NCBI GenBank assembly: GCA_046538485.1
Contig: JBKHIT010000061.1
Span: 1-29,322 of the forward strand
Length of the DNA: 29,322 nucleotides
Source: Candidatus Brocadiia bacterium
GTDB taxonomy: Bacteria > Planctomycetota > Brocadiia > SM23-32
Reading direction: 5' to 3'
Made by a program: the position numbers and the translations under genes. The notes under the pieces were generated by a model that had not been told where the DNA came from, did not search any database, and saw only the letters and a program-made list of their open reading frames with translations. Numbering within the stretch: the stretch's first letter is position 1; each line of letters starts with the position of its first letter. This document shows, piece after piece, positions 27,001 through 29,322 of the stretch.

Positions 27001-28081
27001 CGAGTTTTGCGAGCCGGTCCCGGTTGGGCATCACGGCCGTGGCGTCGCCGGCCACTTCGGATTTAAGACGGCGGGTCAGAGAGTCGAGGTCCGTCGGCCG
27101 CGGAAGCTCGATTTCGCGGGTTCGATCGGCATCGCTGAGGGTGAGGACGAGACGGGGGCCCTTGAATGTCAGTCCATGTCCGCCGGTCGCTTTGGCCCAT
27201 TCGTAAGAACTCCAGTAGTCATCGTAGCGTTGATCCCAGAGTTCCCATTTTTTCAGAAGAAGTCCGTTCTCCTCGAGCCGGCGGAGTCGCCACCCGAGGG
27301 TTTGGCCGAAAACCTGGCTTGTGAGGAGTTTGGTGATATCGAGCCGGCAGGTCGGATTTTCTTTGCTCAATTCGGCCGGGCCGAGCCGGTTTGGGAACCG
27401 GTCTTCACCGGTATCACGGGCGCCGAATTTCGTCCAGTACCCGGTGCCTTTGATGTAGGCGTTGAAGGTCGGACCCGTGTCTTTGCCGGATTCCCAGGGT
27501 CGTCGCAGCAACCAGCCGACGATGTGCCAGCGCGGAGGATTTTTCCATTTCTTCTGGTAGTTTCGCTGTGTGTAGCGCCGCGGCTTTACCTCGTACCCAT
27601 CGTAAGTGAGAACCAGTTCCGCTTTTTCGATGCGTTTGCCCGCAGAAAGGGCTTTAGCGATCCGGGGAGCGGCACCGGGGAAACGGACGAGGATCGACCG
27701 GTGGACGGCATCGACGGTCCGCGCTTCAGGGAACGTTTTGGCCCATTGCAGTCCGCTGATCCCGCAGCTTTCCACTTCGTCGATAGTGATTTTTTCGGCG
27801 GCTCGGGCGGGGGAGCACAGGAGCAAAAACACAGCACTCAGAAGGGCGACTAATATCGGGTATCCTTTAACCATGCGGGGAGATAGCCGTTTGTGCTGGC
27901 GTGTCTTTGCGAGGCGACCCGCGAAGCGGGGTGCCGCGGCAATCTCGCCGTTGGGTGGACAAAATGACGAGATTGTTTCGTTCACTTTACGGTGGGTTCG
28001 CAATGACCTGCGCAGGTGGCTTTTGCGGTTCAACACACTCAGTATCTGAGACGTGGTTGTCCGGCGGGTTGTGTGGCTCAT
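24032..28081 (-). CDS. large secreted hypothetical protein, probably carbohydrate-active (C-terminal PA14/galactose-binding-like beta-sandwich); start 28081 or 27874
   Basis: 1349-codon ORF; signal peptide MVKGYPILVALLSAVFLLLCSPARA/A from 27874; Trp/Tyr-rich helical middle; C-terminus WQVVGPF...YAYTEI...GSDQ..VVWVN...LKKGKNKILVK; RBS-like AGAAAGGT before 28081. Confidence 0.85.
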   Translation of the reverse strand: MSHTTRRTTTSQILSVLNRKSHLRRSLRTHRKVNETISSFCPPNGEIAAAPRFAGRLAKTRQHKRLSPRMVKGYPILVALLSAVFLLLCSPARAAEKITIDEVESCGISGLQWAKTFPEARTVDAVHRSILVRFPGAAPRIAKALSAGKRIEKAELVLTYDGYEVKPRRYTQRNYQKKWKNPPRWHIVGWLLRRPWESGKDTGPTFNAYIKGTGYWTKFGARDTGEDRFPNRLGPAELSKENPTCRLDITKLLTSQVFGQTLGWRLRRLEENGLLLKKWELWDQRYDDYWSSYEWAKATGGHGLTFKGPRLVLTLSDADRTREIELPRPTDLDSLTRRLKSEVAGDATAVMPNRDRLAKLVEKHRLRQPDWMADWQWERVRQLRSFGGGHISRWTDALESGDPKQYEKVVQNILRTVPRYWKGWGIQDDLLLWYLYRDMLPAPVRDHIRAYWDAWLMPDMPTRRFFHAQSKRNRTYWKETGNWRGRKSFFRDGYNYTISTMNFNHTAAMGALLGGNIINSERAMADGRHGLEYLPMRLWAWYDGTTQESIDHYYYAITLSGQKMFADFGPRRLDRLMGQSILAKSVEELTSSYHPRLRHFINTSGRTGISYLWVIQDGLQHIVHTLSHSGALHDLENDKRAGMPRFGHDAPPGRIALQTIKQPWAPDWAANMVDEKPIPYHMTVAGMEWGHFARTPLWVQSYLGNNYGVASVDVGRQGSVPLMIQWRRGEKKVEHVQQLGTLLARYTANEPNLVTTHGGSGLLNAGNQISLQHENKIVMLTSPLKRLPGAKPEETTSLQSTVGLFTFQDEPSWTLRIDGKTVKTFPVELKPGQLITLEDGVTYLGLIPVPATDLGRTKQVVITDQARERKLQGGGKAAPTLLIHSYNYLSEKPLSESDLSTEEIDKAYGGFIMEVGDRHEYKNFPAFQKHMQTVKLETNWDAGDATLDVSYRSGDDLLEVGFKPEYQVFRHRGIPTDQCFTHRRVNGEWPYLKDGIYRDSNLTQQGDTGRLEKNGAVLRSEYGRMAYLQTEPISGTVCGWNPLPDPTIWALELPGGASVRSDGRVGLLRVVGHEKENRFEISHARKSRDVIGAARALLIFGRDEKPEIRLNDKDYSPKLGEVSIGDKKAYVLPLDERPVEEALKGLPERYAAAQKLLQVQGKDDYKPTFVHNWQVVGPFQNTEGGALWTHKLDHYPPEETVDLDATYEGFDRVDGKAKPKQIKWQHLGADKEDGLGEGPVVLAEHLQPNKKGIAYAYTEITSDRERDVTLYTGSDQCLVVWVNNELVLRRIVYRAAAPDQDRTPIHLKKGKNKILVKSANGWEGWSFYFRLGDKYGLPLEDGLGYGVGE
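27903..28007. repeat. GTCATTGCGA-type long palindromic element
   Basis: Ends GTCTTTGCGA ... TCGCAATGAC (9/10 inverted) and inner CAATCTCG ... CGAGATTG. Confidence 0.7.
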
Positions 28082-28177
28082 CGAGGAAACCTTTCTGCAG
28101 GAGATTGTTGTTAGCCCCCGATCCTAACGGCAACACAGAAATCTTAAGTAGGATTCAGCATGCAGCTTTAGAAGGTG

Positions 28178-28206
28178 TTTATACGAGGAGGAGCGCAATC
28201 TGTCAA
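28178..28206 (-). promoter_or_regulatory. sigma70 promoter of the large secreted protein gene
   Basis: Minus strand TTGACA-17 nt-TATAAA, ~100 nt upstream of ATG 28081. Confidence 0.65.
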
Positions 28207-28328
28207 CGTGGTGAGGGATTTGCACCGTCGGTCCTTCAGGGGTTCAGCGGCTATAGATTCTCTCCAAGCTGCCGTCCGTTCCTGATTCCTATCGGCGACC
28301 GCTTAAGCGAACGGATGCGGCCGACCGA

Positions 28329-28364
28329 GTCCCTTTCGTCCCTTAACGTCCTTTCCGTCCCTTC
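28329..28364 (+). repeat. short degenerate tandem repeat (GTCC(C/T)TT.. x4)
   Basis: gtccctttc gtcccttaac gtcctttcc gtcccttc; related reverse-complement units at 23014-23039. Confidence 0.6.
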
Positions 28365-28426
28365 CCCGGCAATCTTGAGCAGCTTATCCGCATTGGCGGG
28401 CAATCCTGCGCTTCGAAAAATGCACA

Positions 28427-29281
28427 AGAGCTGTAGGTCCGCATCGCCGAGGTGGACCTGTCGTTGGTCGTTCTGCTGTTTTGCTCCGAGACCTGTCGGT
28501 TTTTGGTCCGCGTTCTGAACTCCAGCCCCGCGGGAGCGGTTCTGAAGTCCAGTCCGCTCACGGGGAATTGAGACTCGAGTTCAGCTGAGTCCGCCAGGTG
28601 GCGGGCGAAGGGGGACTTGAGGCGGGCAACTGTTGAAAAATCCCCGAGAGCTGTAGGTCCGGACACGGCCCGGTGCCGCCGAGATTCCGGGGTTCCGGAA
28701 GACGGTTGCCGCCGTGGGACGCAACAACAATCAGCGATTATGTGAAACCCGCCGGCGAAGCCGGCTGTGGAGTGCGGCGATTCTTCGCCGCTATGTCGTT
28801 GTCGTTCGTTGTTGCCGTTCTCCGTTGTCTTTGGATGAGATGTCACGATATCGGACGCAAGCCGCAACGACACAGCGGTGAGTAAAACGTCCCGTCGGTC
28901 CGTTTTAACACACCGCAATCCACAGCGAGTCGCGGTGGACTACATTAAGGTTGCTGCAGTGTACTTAGTGAGCTCTGATGGCGAAACTGGTATTCCCGGA
29001 AATTGTATCCCCCGCGGGGGGCGCCGCTGGCGCGCGGGACACTCCGGGGGCAGGTGCCGTTGACATCCCTGGTTTGCGGGAAATGTCTCGTGCCGCAAGA
29101 CGTAGCAGTTTTGTGGTGGGCCTTCAGCCCACTTTTTTCTCAATGCACACCTGTACCCCAGGGCTCCGAGGGCTTTTAGCCCTCTGCGCCTCGGGCTGTT
29201 ATATGCTGTCCTTTCAGGGCAGTGAACGGCAGGGCGCGCTCGGGGATCACCCCCTCCATGGGCGTGGCATCCCGGATACGT
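28427..29281 (+). repeat. mosaic of palindromic REP-like modules (copy B)
   Basis: Modules at 28427-28465, 28508-28559, 28554-28641, 28646-28661, 28745-28791, 28925-28943, 29007-29029, 29108-29281. Confidence 0.85.
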
Positions 29282-29322
29282 GGAGACCTGGTGGTCCATT
29301 CCACTTGATGTTGTGGGTTCAG

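Noticed and set aside
24347..27853. 1168-aa plus-strand ORF antisense to the large secreted protein
   Set aside because: Shadow frame in codon register with a GC-rich gene; no motifs, and the sense protein has a signal peptide, promoter and domain-like features.

Overview
Bacterial chromosomal window; the sulfatases, REP-like repeats and Fe-S-type enzymes suggest an anaerobe, possibly PVC-like (inference only). The core (4046-19913) is a nitrogen module. A tightly coupled minus-strand operon runs: stand-alone FMN-binding glutamate-synthase-family gene, small 8-Cys protein, purF, nadE, carA, pyrG, hisH, hisF, carB. These are N-transfer steps from five different pathways. The operon starts at a near-consensus sigma54 promoter with NtrC-like upstream sites. 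It is divergent from a sigma70-driven glutamate dehydrogenase, which converges on a sigma54 activator with an unusual degenerate KaiC/RecA-like N-terminal domain (KaiC-like + GAF + AAA+ + Fis-HTH). The left flank has a frameshift-split hybrid histidine kinase and a sulfatase. The right flank has a membrane protein, a second sulfatase and a ~1300-aa secreted, probably glycan-active protein, bracketed by two ~1-kb mosaics of shared palindromic (REP-like) modules. No rRNA, tRNA, CRISPR array or transposase was seen.
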